Origin: Mobula birostris
Lineage: Eukaryota
Reading direction: 5' to 3'
NCBI RefSeq assembly: GCF_030028105.1
Contig: NC_092375.1
Coordinates: 135,001,035 to 135,065,034 of the forward strand
DNA: 64,000 nucleotides
The position numbers and the translations under genes are program-made. Positions 1-12,485 of this stretch are shown here, piece by piece. Each line of letters opens with the position of its first letter. The stretch's first letter is position 1. Under the pieces are notes generated by a model, which was not told the origin of the DNA, did not search any database, and saw only the letters and a program-made list of their open reading frames with translations.

Positions 1-80
1 CTGAGACCCTTCCTGAGTCCTGCTGAGTAGTCTTTTCCACAGATGCTGCCTGGCCTGTTGAGTTCCTCCACCATTTTGTG
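1..80 (+). repeat. Penelope-derived hairpin-repeat fragment
   Basis: gatgctgcctggcctgttgagttcctcca motif shared with many copies in the window. Confidence 0.7.
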
Positions 81-165
81 GGTGGACCCTGGAAATTTGA
101 CTGGTTTTGGAAGATGTGTTTAATTTAGTTTTTTTTTGTTTTTGTGTTCCTTCCACACCCTGTAG

Positions 166-329
166 ATTTGTAGAGACTCTCATCGAACTGTTTCAGTCAC
201 ACATGTCAAAGTGCTCATCGGTGGAGTTGCTTCAGGGAGTTTACTACCTTTGTCTAATGGGACACTATCCCCCAGCTGTACTAAACCATCTCTTCCAGGG
301 TGAGGTCCTGAGCAAGCTCCAGTCCTCAG
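166..329 (+). CDS. FASTKD2: FASTKD2 internal coding exon (FAST region)
   Basis: Polypyrimidine tract plus tgtag acceptor; donor CAG|gtgagt. Translates FVETLIELFQSHMSKCSSVELLQGVYYLCLMGHYPPAVLNHLFQGEVLSKLQSS, resembling remembered human FASTKD2 FLEAMASAL...[34 protein letters not shown]. Upstream exons lie outside the window. Confidence 0.9.
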
Positions 330-569
330 GTGAGTGGCTGTCACATACATATTCTCATAACTCTACTGTCCTTTCTCTTTGAACAGTGTTTTAGTGAGTA
401 AAAGTAGGCCATTCAGTCTCCGTTAGCATGTGCCATGGATAACAGCACATCTCTGCACGCGGTCCATCCATATATCAGAAAGTGCTGGATTAATAAATAT
501 GGTTTGGACCCAATCAATATGTTTGGGAAGTTATTTTGTTGCTTATAAATGGTTAACAACAAGAGGAGC

Positions 570-1370
570 AAAAACCTGTTTACACTGTTCAAGAAATAAA
601 GATTCTTGCGTTCCTTCTACGGTTAGAGACCTCTGGTGGCAGCAAGTAGAACAGTCTCCACTAGCTGTCAACACCACTTACAACCACAGTTTGAAGGGGA
701 AGTCCACTAAATTAATCTTGAGAGAAAACAAACAGAGTGCACCCTGGTGATAGCGTATCCTTCCTTTTTACAGCCCTTGGCTCAGTTTGCAACTCCAGTC
801 TGAAGAAGAAGTCCACTCTGTCAGTGAAATATTCCTTTCTCTTGAGCAAACAACTTCATGTCGCAGGTTACCGTAACAAATCATTACGGCAACCAGCTTT
901 AATCAAGCTGTTTATCATATTCTTGGTACATTAGTCATTACCACACCAATGAATTGTACAATGATAATTGCAAATATACCCAAAAATTCATAAAAGTTTT
1001 AAATATTTTAAGTAAAATGCACAATGTTACTCTTTTAATACAATTGCAATGTTCTTGCTGCCTTCCACTGCATCATGGGCTGCGGAGGCCAAGCCTTTGG
1101 GTTATTTCTGGCAGGGATTGATAGGTTCTTGACTGGTTAATGGTTTAAGGGTTACAAGGAAAAGGCATGAGAATTGGGCTGAGAAAAAGAAAACAGCCAT
1201 GATTGAATGGCAGAGCAGCCTCAAGGGGCTGAATGATTAATCTGCTTCTCGGTGTTCTGCAAGTGGTGTTGACAGATACTGGAGAGTCTTCCATTTGCTG
1301 CCACCAGAGGTCTCTAACAGTAAAAGGGAAGCAAGAATCTATATTTCTTAAACAGTATAAACAGTTTTTT
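570..1370. repeat. Pair of ~110-bp inverted repeats (570-681 and 1259-1370), each with a CTCF-like motif
   Basis: Arms roughly 80% identical by eye. Core gagacctctggtggcagca at 626-644 is the reverse complement of tgctgccaccagaggtctc at 1296-1314. Confidence 0.75.
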
Positions 1371-2005
1371 AACATCTTGTCTACTGGATGGGCCTTAGTT
1401 ATTCCTTTCAAATCTTTTAATTGTACTGAACTCAACTAAATCACTGACTGATTTTTTGCATTCAAGAGTATCCAAGCCTGGTGTATCCACGCCAGCTTGT
1501 ACTCAGTTTGATCATCTGAGGTCAGACACTGTTGTAGTGAATCTATATTGCACCCCCCCATAAATAATATTTTCCTGAGCTGTGTGTCCAGAATTAGGGC
1601 TGGCTTCTTGTTAAAAGACCAGTCTTTACATGACCAGTACTGGATCCATCTTCTTTCGTGTAAATTGATCTTTAAATTTTTGTGGTTACTGAGAACCATT
1701 TCACTCCTAATGCCATCATTAGAGCTTCCTCTTGATGTTTGGTCTGTGCTCCCATCACTTCCATTCCTCATAATTTCCACCCTATCCCCAACCCAATTCA
1801 GTTCCTGGCCAACTTCCTTTCTATTCTCCACTGTCGTCATTTAAGGCCTCTTCTACCACATAAGTACCGTGGTCCTGGAGCGTATTAAAATATCCAGGTC
1901 AATGACTGTACAAGCAGAGGACTTCAACATGGATTACTTTAATCCTATCATGATCTTGGCATTGTTTTGTTATCATTCCTAATTATATCTCCTCCCTCTT
2001 TCTAG

Positions 2006-2227
2006 ACAATTTCAATCGAGCGTCAAATAAGCGAATGCTTCAGTGCATCAAGCTCTGTATGGAGTTGGAGAATCCTTCTTTTGCCATGCCCGACATTGCT
2101 GGGATCGCAGAGCCCTTGGCAACCAATATTGTGGTAAACACGGCCATGAAGGAGGTGGTGGAAACCATCCTGGGTGACAGTAGTCTGTATCGCTGTGGGT
2201 CGGTGTTGAGAGACATTCATTTGATCG
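2006..2227 (+). CDS. FASTKD2: FASTKD2 internal coding exon
   Basis: tctag acceptor, G|gtattt donor. Phase 1 at both ends fits the neighbouring exons. Translates DNFNRASNKRMLQCIKLCMELENPSF...VVETILGDSSLYRCGSVLRDIHLI. Confidence 0.88.
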
Positions 2228-2309
2228 GTATTTAAAACATTATTGGTTATTTGCTGTGATTTTGCTGCTCCTCTCATGCTATTCACATTCCCCATTGTCG
2301 AGATCTACC

Positions 2310-3070
2310 AAATTCAGATTCACTTATTGATCACACCCATCAAAGCATACAGTGAAATGTGCCTTTCGCATTAACCAACACAACCTAAGGATGCGATGGG
2401 GGCAGCCCCTAAGTGCTGGCATACATCAGCATAGCACGTCCACAATGTTCAGAACATCACAAGCAGCAACGACACACCAAAACAACAACAGCAAAACTAG
2501 CCCCTCGCCTAATCAAGTTAAAATAGCATGAGCTGATCTAGAACTCTTTCCTGGATCCATTCATCGCGAATTTTGATCCTAACCTCAGGTCCTGTCTGCG
2601 TGCAGTTTTCCTCTTGCTGCTCTGGTCAATTAACCAACTGACCCACGCATCTTTGGGATGTGGGAGGAAACTAGAACACCCAAGGGAAACTGTGTAGAGC
2701 TGCCAGCAAATTGACAAAATCCAGGCCTAAATTGAAGAAAGCCACAGAATCGTACTGTATAGAAACAGGCCCTTCAGTCCACTGAGCCTCTGCTGACCAT
2801 CAAGCACCCATTTCCACTAATCCCATTTCATTCTCTCCACATTTCCATCAACTGGAATAGATTCTACCACTCACCTACACATTAGAAACAATTTCCAGCA
2901 GCCAATTAACCTCCAAACTGCAGAGTTTTGTAATGTGAAGGAAAAAGAAACCGAGCAGGCCAGGGGAGACCCAAGCATTGTCAGTGAGAACATACAAGCT
3001 CCGTGCAGACAAGACCTGAGGTGAGGCTCAAATCTGGATCTCCACTGCGGTGAGGCAGTGGCTGCAGCAG
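2310..3070 (-). mobile_element. Cluster of decayed SINE fragments (V-SINE-like)
   Basis: ctttgggatgtgggaggaaactagaacaccc is the antisense V-domain motif; aattcagattcacttatt tail. Confidence 0.55.
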
Positions 3071-3879
3071 CTGAGCTGCTCTGCTTCCCCTGTACTCAGT
3101 GTAGTCTAGTAAAAGTTAACATTTTGGAGAGTGAACATTGGAGATGTATGAAAATGTTACCAGTGTTGTGAGCAGAAAGGTTAGCACTTCTCCTTTGCTC
3201 AGGAAGATACTATCTTGTTGCCACTATCCATGTTGCTGCTGTCTGGAGCTTGCCGCCTGGATGGTTCCATAATGTTTTGAGGGTACCTTCAAAGGTGAAG
3301 TTGTGGAGTTTTCAGGGCAGTGTGGAAAGAGGAGGGGCTTGGGCCCTACGGGACCACCAGTTCAGAGAGCCAGCCCGGGCACACACTGGGACTGTCGAAC
3401 ACAAGTGCCAGAGCGGACAGCACGAGGAATCCACTCTGAAGTGGACTAGGCCACTGGGTGGTAAGGGCCAGAGCTACCAAAACTATTAATTTTAATGGTT
3501 CACAAATACTGGTGCTATACCTTAATATGATTCAGGATCAGAAATCCATGCAGAAGGAGGTATGGCCAGGTTTAGTACACTGGTTGTAGATTTATCTTTG
3601 GCTCAGAGTTGATTTGCATTAGGAGAGCAATATTCTGCTTCTACATTAGTGACAATGCTGTCACTCATCAGATTCAGCATTACCCCCCATAAGATCTTCC
3701 TCCATGCTTCCCTTTTACTGCTCCTCAACAGCTGACATTTATAGAGCTCCATAAGATTTCCAAGACAAATTTGACTCAGCACCAAGTAAGAAGATATTAC
3801 AACTGGTTCTCTGGGGTAGGTTGTACACAACCTCCTAAAGCAGGAGCTGGGCAGAAGGTTAAGGAGGACAATCCAGAGT

Positions 3880-4600
3880 TCACTCTGCATACAGCTGGAG
3901 GTACAGACACCTGTAGTGAGCAAGGAAGGTGAGGATGAGAGCTGGAGGAATGTGCCGTATTGCTAGATGGGGATGTGGGCACAATAAAGGAAGAGACTTA
4001 AATGCAAGGCTTACAAAGTTAATGCTGAAGCTTTATAAGGCATTGGTCAGACCACATCTGAAGTATTGTGAGTAGTTCTAGCAGTTTAGAACATATCTAA
4101 AGAAGAATGTACTGGCATTGGAGAGAGGGTCCAGAGGAGGTTTACAAGAATGATTGCAGGAATGAAAGGGTTAACATATGAGGAGCACGGGCTCTGGGCT
4201 TGTATACCCTGGACTTTAGAAGAATGAGGGAGAAACTCATTGAAGCCTATCGAATGTTAAAAAGCCTAGATAGAGTGGATGTGGAGAGAATGTTTCCAAT
4301 AGTGGAAGTGTCTAGGACCATGAGAGCACAGCCTCAGAATAGAATGGTTGAACAGAGGTAAGGAGGAATTTAGTTAGCCAGAGGAAGTGAATCTGGAATT
4401 CATTGCCACAGCTGGCTATGGAGGCCAAGTGATTGGGTGTATTTAAAGCAGGTTGACGGTTCTTTATTAGTAGAGCTATCAAGGATTACAGAGAGAATGG
4501 TGTTGAGAGAGAAAACAAATCAGCCCTGATCGAATGGCAGGGATGATTCAGTAGACCAAATTCTGTCCTAATTCGGCTCCTATGTCTTATAGTCTTAAGA
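3880..4600 (+). mobile_element. CR1 LINE 3' fragment
   Basis: Decayed ORF2 C-terminus (LYKALVRPHL...QRRFTRMI) and cctatgtcttat tail. Confidence 0.8.
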
Positions 4601-4925
4601 CATTGTTTAACAAGTATCTAGCTGAGCACTTTGATCACTAGACATAATCCTGGAAGATGTATTAAAAATGGATGGGTGCCAACTGGTTGACATGGATGTG
4701 ATGGGCCAATGGCCTGTTCCCCTGATGTATGACTCTGGCCTGTGAAGGTAACAGAGGTAATACTGCCAGCCTCTGCACTGACGTAGATGATGGGAATGTA
4801 GGGGTGCATCCTTGATGCAAATGGCATATCACTGGATTTTTCAGACCTTGTAAATGAGTTTTAAAAATATAGGATGCATGAGAAGACGCATGGTTTAATA
4901 TCAGTTTTCCATACTCCTTTTAAAG

Positions 4926-5013
4926 ATTTTGAATTTGCTTTGGACCAGGAGAGAAAACATGCAGTACCTTTTCCTCAAGATGATGAAATTGTCCAGAGTA
5001 CCAGTGTACAGAG
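4926..5013 (+). CDS. FASTKD2: FASTKD2 internal coding exon
   Basis: ttaaag acceptor, AG|gtaagg donor. Translates DFEFALDQERKHAVPFPQDDEIVQSTSVQR (human DFEIRMDTNRNQVLP...TDIQR). Phases 1 and 2 are consistent. Confidence 0.9.
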
Positions 5014-5339
5014 GTAAGGGTTACTCTTTCAAATCTTCTCATTGATCCACCTGTGTCTAGGTTTAAAAACTTTTCTACTTGCAACAATTGTGCATTATTT
5101 GTACAGAAATATTAAGTATGCCATTAATTTAAATTTCCCAGTTCCTTAAAATTTCCGTAAACTATTTTTTTTTTACAGATTACATCAGTAGTTGGTACTT
5201 TTGTAAACACTATGCTCATTTGATAAGCGCAATATCTTCCATCTTTCTTTATTCTTCTTTCTGAATAACTTAATATTTGCAAACAATTCTGCTAATGAAG
5301 AATCTGTGCAAAAAAATTGTATACATGCTGTAATTACGC

Positions 5340-5885
5340 AAGCAAGAGATTCTGCAGATGCTGGAAATCTAGAGCAACATACACAAAATGCTGGAGGAAC
5401 TCAGCAGGTCAGACAGCATCTATGGAGTAAAATGGTCAGTCAATGTTTCAGGTTGAAACTCTCCATCTGAACAGAAAGGTAGAGGGGAGAAAGACAGAAT
5501 AAAAAAGAGAAGGGAAGGGGTGGAGCAAGAGTTAGTAAGCAATAAATGAATCCAGGTGAGGAGGGGTGAGAGGCAAATGGAGGAGGGAAGGCTGGAAATA
5601 GTGACAGTGGTTGGAGGTGGGGGCAGCAAAGGGCCAAAGATGGTCAAAGCTTGACAGGAAAGGGAAAGGAGGGGTGGGCTGATAGGAACAGGAAGGGGAG
5701 GGACCCAGACAAAGGATTTACAGATGGAGGAGAGGAAAGAAACGAGGTGATGGGGCAGGATTAGGAGGAGTGACAAAAGGAATAGAGGGGCAGCTGTTAT
5801 CTGAAAATTGAAAATTTGGTGTTCATGCCATTTGGTTCTACACTACCCAGGCAGATTGTGAGGTGCTTTTCCTCCAGTTTCTATG
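5340..5885 (-). mobile_element. Penelope-like element 3' fragment
   Basis: Minus strand encodes KLEEKHLTICLGSVEPNGMNTKFSIFR* (GIY-YIG C-terminus), then a pyrimidine-rich UTR and a decayed hammerhead/terminal repeat. Confidence 0.75.
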
Positions 5886-6189
5886 AGTCTTGGGCTTTGC
5901 CCAAAGAATAGTGGACTAATCTTACACAGGGACTAGGTACCTCCATGTATGACCTCTACATCCCTGGTAAGCTTGAAACATAATATGGGCTACAGTTGTG
6001 TTTAAATCTGGGTCCTCTGAAATACCCTGAAAGGAAGTGGAAGAAAATAATGTCTTTTTTCCCAAGCATAAAGTACAAAAACAAAATAATATTGGCTTTG
6101 AAGAAAGTTCTGGGACAATGATGTGGATCTTTTATTGTTAACACAAAAGGAACATTCCTTGCAATGTAACTGTTATTTGTGTCTTCTAG

Positions 6190-6304
6190 AGTGGCAGTGC
6201 TGTGTGCACCAGTATCTGCCTTTTGCCTTGGGACAGGGCATCCCAAAGACAAGCTGGCACTGGAGATCCGGCATCTCAAGGCACTGGGCTATCATGTGGT
6301 ATTG
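6190..6304 (+). CDS. FASTKD2: FASTKD2 RAP-domain exon
   Basis: ttctag acceptor, TTG|gtgagt donor. Translates RVAVLCAPVSAFCLGTGHPKDKLALEIRHLKALGYHVVL, matching the RAP motif (human [39 protein letters not shown]). Confidence 0.95.
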
Positions 6305-6564
6305 GTGAGTTTTTACAATAGCTTCCTTGGTCTGAAAACTTCCCAATCTGATTGAAATGGCAGGTTTGGAAAAAAAAAAACAGCTGATAAAAATTCAACC
6401 TGCTGGTACTCTGACAAGTTGCAAAATTTCCATTATTGTGATTTGTTTTTCTGGATAGGTTTTAGCTCACTTGTTTAACTGTTATCTAGTTAAAAGTCAT
6501 TATACTTTATGGTCTTCCAATTTCACATCAGTTACAGGGACAGAACAAGTAATGGCTATTTAAG

Positions 6565-7130
6565 ACCATAAGACATAGGAGAGAGTCCATTTGGCCCATT
6601 GAGTCTGCTCTGCCACACCATCATTCTATCTCATTTATTATCATTCTCAACTCTGTTCTTCTGCCTTCTCCCTGTAACCTTTGACTCCCTGACTAATCAT
6701 AAACCTATCAACCTCTGCTTTAAATATATGCCAAGTCTGGCAATGAATTTCACAGATCCACTACCCTCTGGCTAAAGAGATTCCTCCTCATCTCTGTTCT
6801 AGATGGACATCCCTCTGTTTTGAGGCTGTCTCTTTGGTCCTAGACTCCCCCACTAGAGGAAACATCCTCACTACATCCGTTTTATCTAGGCCTTTCAATT
6901 TCCTACAGGTTTCAATGAGTCGTTCTCCCCCCCCCCACCCGCTTATTCTTTTAAGCTGAGTACAGATCCAGAGCCATCAAACAGTCCTCGTATATTAACC
7001 CTTTTAATCCCAGAATAATTCTTGTGAACCTCCTCTGGACCGTCTCCAATACCATTTCATCTTTTCTTACTAAATGCCCTGTAAAGGCTCAGTATTACAT
7101 CCTTGATTTTATCTTCAAGTCTTCTCGAAA
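6565..7130 (-). mobile_element. CR1 LINE 3' fragment
   Basis: agaccataagacatagga antisense tail and CR1 ORF2 end. Confidence 0.8.
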
Positions 7131-7186
7131 TAACTAAATTTAGCTTTGTGTTTGCTCATTGCTGTTCAACACCCTCATTCCTTCCA

Positions 7187-7910
7187 TTTGGTAGGTCAAA
7201 TATAATGGCAGAATATAGTATTAGTGCTAAGACTCTTGGCAGTGTGGAGGATCAGAGGGATCTTGAGGTCTGAGTCCATAGGACACTCAAAGCAGCTGCG
7301 CAGATTGACTCTGTGGTTAAGAAGGCATATGGTGTATTGGCCTTCATCAACCATGGGATTGAATTCAAGAGCCGAGAGGTAATGTTACAGCTGTTAGAAC
7401 CCTGGTCAGACCCCACTCGGAGTACTGTGCTCATTTCCGGTTGTCTCACAACAGGAAGGATGTGGAAACTATAAAAAGGGTGTAGAGGAGATTTACAAGG
7501 ATGTTGCTTGGATTGGAGAGCATGTCTTACAAGAATGGGTTGAGTGTACTTGGCCTTTTCTCCTTGGAGCGATGAAGGATGAGAGGTGACCTGATAGAGG
7601 TGTATAAGATGATGAGAGGCCTTGATCATGTGGATAGTCAGAGGCTTTTTTCCCAGGGCTGTAGGTACAGAGGGGATATCAGAGGTATGTTTTTTTCACA
7701 CAGAGTGGTGAGTGCGTGGAATGGGCTGCCAGCGACTGTAGTGGAGGTGGATACAATAGGGTCTTTTAAGAAGCTCCTGGATAGGTACATGGAGCTTAGA
7801 AAAATAGAGGGCTATGGGTAACCTTAGGTAATTTCTAAAGAAAGTACATGTTTGGCACAGCATTATGGGCCAAAGGGCCTGTATTGTGCTGTAGGTTTTC
7901 CATGTTTCTA
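7187..7910 (+). mobile_element. CR1 LINE 3' fragment, same subfamily as 59689-63314
   Basis: MRGDLIEVYKMMRGLDHVDSQRLF...KIEGYG; near-identical 3' UTR. Confidence 0.9.
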
Positions 7911-8129
7911 TCTGCCTTGGTCCCAGAATAAAAGTAAAACCAGAAGATGCTGGAAATACTCAGAAAAATAGTCCTAATGTTTCAGGTCAGAGACTCTTCA
8001 CCAAAACTGTTGAGAATTTCCAGCACTGTCTACCAGTCTCAGTATTCTGAGTGTTTGATTCTTTCAGTCTCCAACTTCCACAAATGCAGTTTTAGTCATT
8101 TTCCAAAATTCCATAGACTTTGTGACTTC

Positions 8130-9050
8130 TCCAACAGTTTGGCCAGTAGGTAAATGTAATCATCCCAACTGACAAGAGGAGAGAAAAAGGAAGCAGGGAA
8201 TTGTACAGGGATTATCTTGTCGTCAGTAGTGGGGAGAAATATGAGAGTCTGTCATAAAAGATGTAATAGAAGAGCACCTGGAAAACAGGGAAAGACCTGA
8301 CACGGTTAACCTGCAATTTACAAAAAGGAACTCTCGCTGGAAAACTCTACTGGAACTTTTTGAGGATGTAACCAGCAGACCAGATACAGTATGGCAGAAT
8401 GGATACACATGGATGTTAGTACTTTCAAGAAGGTCTTCGATAAGATCTCACATAAGATATTGGCATGCAAAAGTTAAAGCGCAGGTGATTGCATTAGAGA
8501 GCTGGTTGGCAGGCAGGGAATTAAGGATAAGAATAAAGGGAGCTTTATCCAAGTGGGTGGTGAGGTCACTGCTAGGACCCAGGCAATTCACAAAACTTAC
8601 TAGTGATTTAGATAAAGGAAATAAAAAGATGTGGTGGCATGAAGCTGAATGGCAGTAGGAGCAATGAGGAAGGATGCACTGGTGCTGTAGTGTGAGGTGG
8701 GCACATTGAATGAAAGAGCAGATGCAGAATATTCTGGAAGTAACTTTGGTGGCAAAACCAGGAAGTCAGGGTATTATTTGAATGGTGATAGATTGGGAAA
8801 GGAGGAACGGGGAGACCTAGGTGTGCTTGTGCACCAGTCACTGGAAGTGGACAGGCAGGCATGAAGGCAGCTAAGAAAGCAATTGGAATATTGTCCTTTA
8901 TAGCCAGAGGGTTTGAGTACAGAATCGGGGATGCCTTCCTCCATTTATACAGAATCTTGGTGAGACCATATCATGAGTATTGTATGTAGTCTCACAGATC
9001 CTTGTATAAATGCTATTGAGGGAGTGCAACAAAGGTTCATCCAACTAGGC
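8130..9050 (+). mobile_element. Old CR1 ORF2 fragment
   Basis: Decayed RT motifs (LLELFEDVT, FQEGLR/FKKAFD-like, LYRILVRPY). Confidence 0.7.
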
Positions 9051-9057
9051 TGATATT

Positions 9058-9499
9058 CTGGAGTGGACAAGTCAGAGTCCAGACCTCAATCCAATTCAGA
9101 ATTGGTGGCTGGACTTGAAAAGGGCTGTTCACTCACGATCCCCCGTCCAATCTGACAGAGCTTGAACAGTTTTGTAAAAAAAAATGGGGAAAATTGCAGA
9201 GTCCAGGTGTGCAAAGCTGATAGAGACCTATCCACACAGACTCAAGGCTGTAATTGCTGTCAAAGGTATAGCTACTAAATACTGACTTGAAGGGGGTGAA
9301 TACTTATGCAATTAATTATTTTGTGTTTAATATTAGTAATTAACTTAGATCACTTCATAGAGATCTGTTTTCACTTTGACACTAAAGAGTCCTTTTCTGT
9401 TGATCAGTGCCAAAAAAAGCCAAATTAAATCCATTGTGATTCAAAGTTACAGAACATGAAAACTTCCAAGGAGGATGAATACTTTATTTATAGGCACCG
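9058..9499 (+). mobile_element. Tc1/mariner 3' fragment
   Basis: [13 protein letters not shown]...LKRAV...CAKLIETYPHRLKAVIAVKG-ATKY*, followed by a TIR end ggcaccg|ta. Confidence 0.88.
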
Positions 9500-11016
9500 T
9501 ATTTGCCAGGCACCAGGCCTCGAGCTCTTCCACCTCCTTTCTATTGACCATCTCATCATTATTGGTGATGAGCCCCACCACTGTTGTGTCATCTGTGAAC
9601 GATGTGGTTGATCAGGTGTTTGATTGTGCAGTCATGTGTGATCAGAGTGTACAGCAATGGACTCGGCACACAGCCTGGGAGTTACCCGTGTTGAAGCTGT
9701 TGGGGATGAAGGAGTGGTTGTGTATCCTGACTATCTGAGATCTAATTTGACTGAACCACAATCCTCCCATCACTGGCCTGATAAAGCATTACGCTGCTGT
9801 GCTACACTCATTTCAGGTATCAAGTGGAACCATCAGGTTTCAGTGGATGTGAGGTCAGTTCTCTTTTGGTTAAATAGCTATTTGAGGATTTTCTTTTTGA
9901 CAGTCCTACTGGGCCAAGATTTCAACTTATCTTAATTTGATGTTATGATGTGTGTGATGTTGCTAAGGCAGGCAACTTTCTCTGCAAACAGTTTCTTCGA
10001 GAAGTGCCTATTTCTGGTGGTTTGATTGTCATCTAGTAGAACCCTTTGTGAGGGCCATTGAGTGTCAGCCACATTGGAGTTGTGCCAAAGCCTAGGCAAG
10101 GTCTCTTTCCATAAAGTACAACAATAACTCTGAGCATTGTTTTTTACAATTGTCAAACAGCTTGATGTTTCCTTTTACATCTACCAGCTTTGTATTTTCA
10201 GATCTGTTTGAATTGAATTTTAATTCTCAAACTTGCTTCAGTGGCTTTCCCATGAAGTATTGAGGAAGTGCTGCAGTGTCAAAGGTCCTGTAATTGGATG
10301 GTATTACACTGACACCCATCTCCCTTATGAGACTGTAACGTTTTTGGGACACTCTCTTCGGGAACAACAATGGTACTAAACCCATTGTCTCAACTAATAC
10401 TTTACAAACTTGCATCACTAAATGTTTATCTCATTGATGTGTCTGGGTATTTCTTGGGTGCTGTGTTTCCCAAATTGAACCAATGGCTATAGTTCAGAAG
10501 TATTTAATTGCTGGCAAAGTAGTTTACTATGTCTTGAATTTGTGAAAGAGGCTAATTCAAAAAAGTAAAATGGGGGAAAAAATATATATGCTTTTCATTT
10601 TATTTGTCTAACCCTCTGGTTTAATGTTCCATATATGACCACCAGACTTGTGTGTCATTCAGGAGTGTGCGTGAGAAGGGAGAGGGAGATGTGTATGTCA
10701 TGCTCCCAGTGAGCATCTCAACATCTGTTTCAACACACCAAGAAGCAGCTCAGGTCGTATCTGCAGAAGGCAGCTTAAGTTAATGTTTCAGATTTTCTGT
10801 TTTTGTTTCAGATTTTCAGCATCTGCAGTTTTTGATTATTATTAAAGGGAAAATGTTCCCTGATAAATTATTTTCAAGCATCTACTTCCTGATCGCTGCC
10901 TGAGTTTGGGGTCAAAACCCTTTATTGTTGGCAGAACAGATCTTGCAGTTTCTTAGGGATATTCTTGCTTTTATATTTTTTTTAACCTCCCCACCCCCAA
11001 TATTCCTATCTTCCAG

Positions 11017-11094
11017 GTGTCAAATCATGAGTTTGGAAAGATGTCAGAAGATGAAAGAGTTCAGTTCTTAACGAGAGCGATCTTTGCAGAATGA
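11017..11094 (+). CDS. FASTKD2: FASTKD2 terminal coding exon
   Basis: ttccag acceptor, phase 0. Translates VSNHEFGKMSEDERVQFLTRAIFAE* (human [24 protein letters not shown]). Confidence 0.9.
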   Translation: MSNHEFGKMSEDERVQFLTRAIFAE

Positions 11095-11760
11095 ATAGCC
11101 TTTGAGAACTGACTGAGTGCCTGTTGTGGACAAGATGTGGTCAACTGGCTCAGCCCCTGACAACATGGCACTCTCCAAGGAATGGAATCTCTAACTTGAA
11201 GCAGTGCCACATTTATCCTGAACCCAATGACAGTCGGATGTGAATGAAGCCATATCAGATGAACCTGAATATTTGTTTTAGTGATGATGCCCTGGATATC
11301 ATGGCAAAGGATGAGTTTGACAGACCCTCTTCTGCAGTATGTTCTTCCCCTATACACAAGAATACACTCTCGATTAACTTCTGGTTTTGTGGGACAACTG
11401 TGCCTTACAAATGAGAGTTTAAGCTCAAATTTGTTTTTCCTTGGGAGGCAACCAAAAAGTACATTTTTTTAAAAATTTAGCAATAGAAACTACCTCCCTA
11501 CAAGATGCAAAACCCCATGCATACTGCAAATAAGGATAAACAAAAACCATTGGAAATGCTCAGCACTTCAGGCAACATTTGTGTAGAGAGCAAGGGTTAC
11601 CCGGATTCTGTCTCCACAGATGCTGCATGATCAGCCAAGTATTTCCTACACTTACTGTTGCCATGCTTCCACCTGCTGGAATGCTGTTGTTGGGCTTCAC
11701 AGAACAGGTACAGCTTTGTGTGAATAATGTGGATCAGAGCCACAACGGACATGTTTAAAA

Positions 11761-11766
11761 AATAAA
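11761..11766 (+). terminator. candidate FASTKD2 polyadenylation signal
   Basis: AATAAA about 670 bp after the stop, ATTAAA at 11795-11800, then T-rich sequence. Confidence 0.45.
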
Positions 11767-12059
11767 ATGAATGATTTAAGTGACAAATACACACATTAAA
11801 AAGTCAATTATTTTTTAAAAAGAAAAATGTTTTCTTCCTTTGATATTACTTACCATCAGTTATATACTGTACTTCACCTCACCGGCAACTCTTCACCTAT
11901 CACAGACTTTTCCAGTACATCTCCTTTTGGTTAACTAGTGCCCTTCATGTTATCTGGCTGTCCAAGAGGGTTTTACCAGTAAGGAGGTGTGTTTGAGAGA
12001 CAAGTGTTGGTTAGGTTCCTATAATTTTCATTTATCATTGGTTTGCTTATATCGAGGTT

Positions 12060-12485
12060 TTGAAGAGGGTGTTGCAGAGATTTGCCAGGATGCTGTCTGA
12101 ATTAGAGGGCATGTACTATAACGAGAGGCTGGACAAACTTGGGTTGTTTTCTCTGGAGCACAGAGACTGAGGGGAGATCTGATAGATGTTTATAAGATTA
12201 CGAGAGGCAGAGATAGAGTAGACAGTCAGTACCTTTTTCCCAGGGTTGAAATGTCTAATACCAGAGGGCATGTATTTAAGATTAGAGAGGATAGTTTCAA
12301 ACAAGATGAGGGCCAGGTTCTTTACACAAAGTGGTGGTAGAAGCAGATATATTAGGGACTTTTAAGAGACATCAATGTGAGAAAAATGGAAAGATACAGA
12401 CATTGTGTAGTATCATTGGGCATTTGTTTACTAATTTAGTTTGACTCTGCATTGTGGGCCTGATACTGTAATGTACTGTTCTATT
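12060..12485 (+). mobile_element. CR1 LINE 3' fragment
   Basis: QRFARML, LRGDLIDVYK motifs. Confidence 0.75.
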
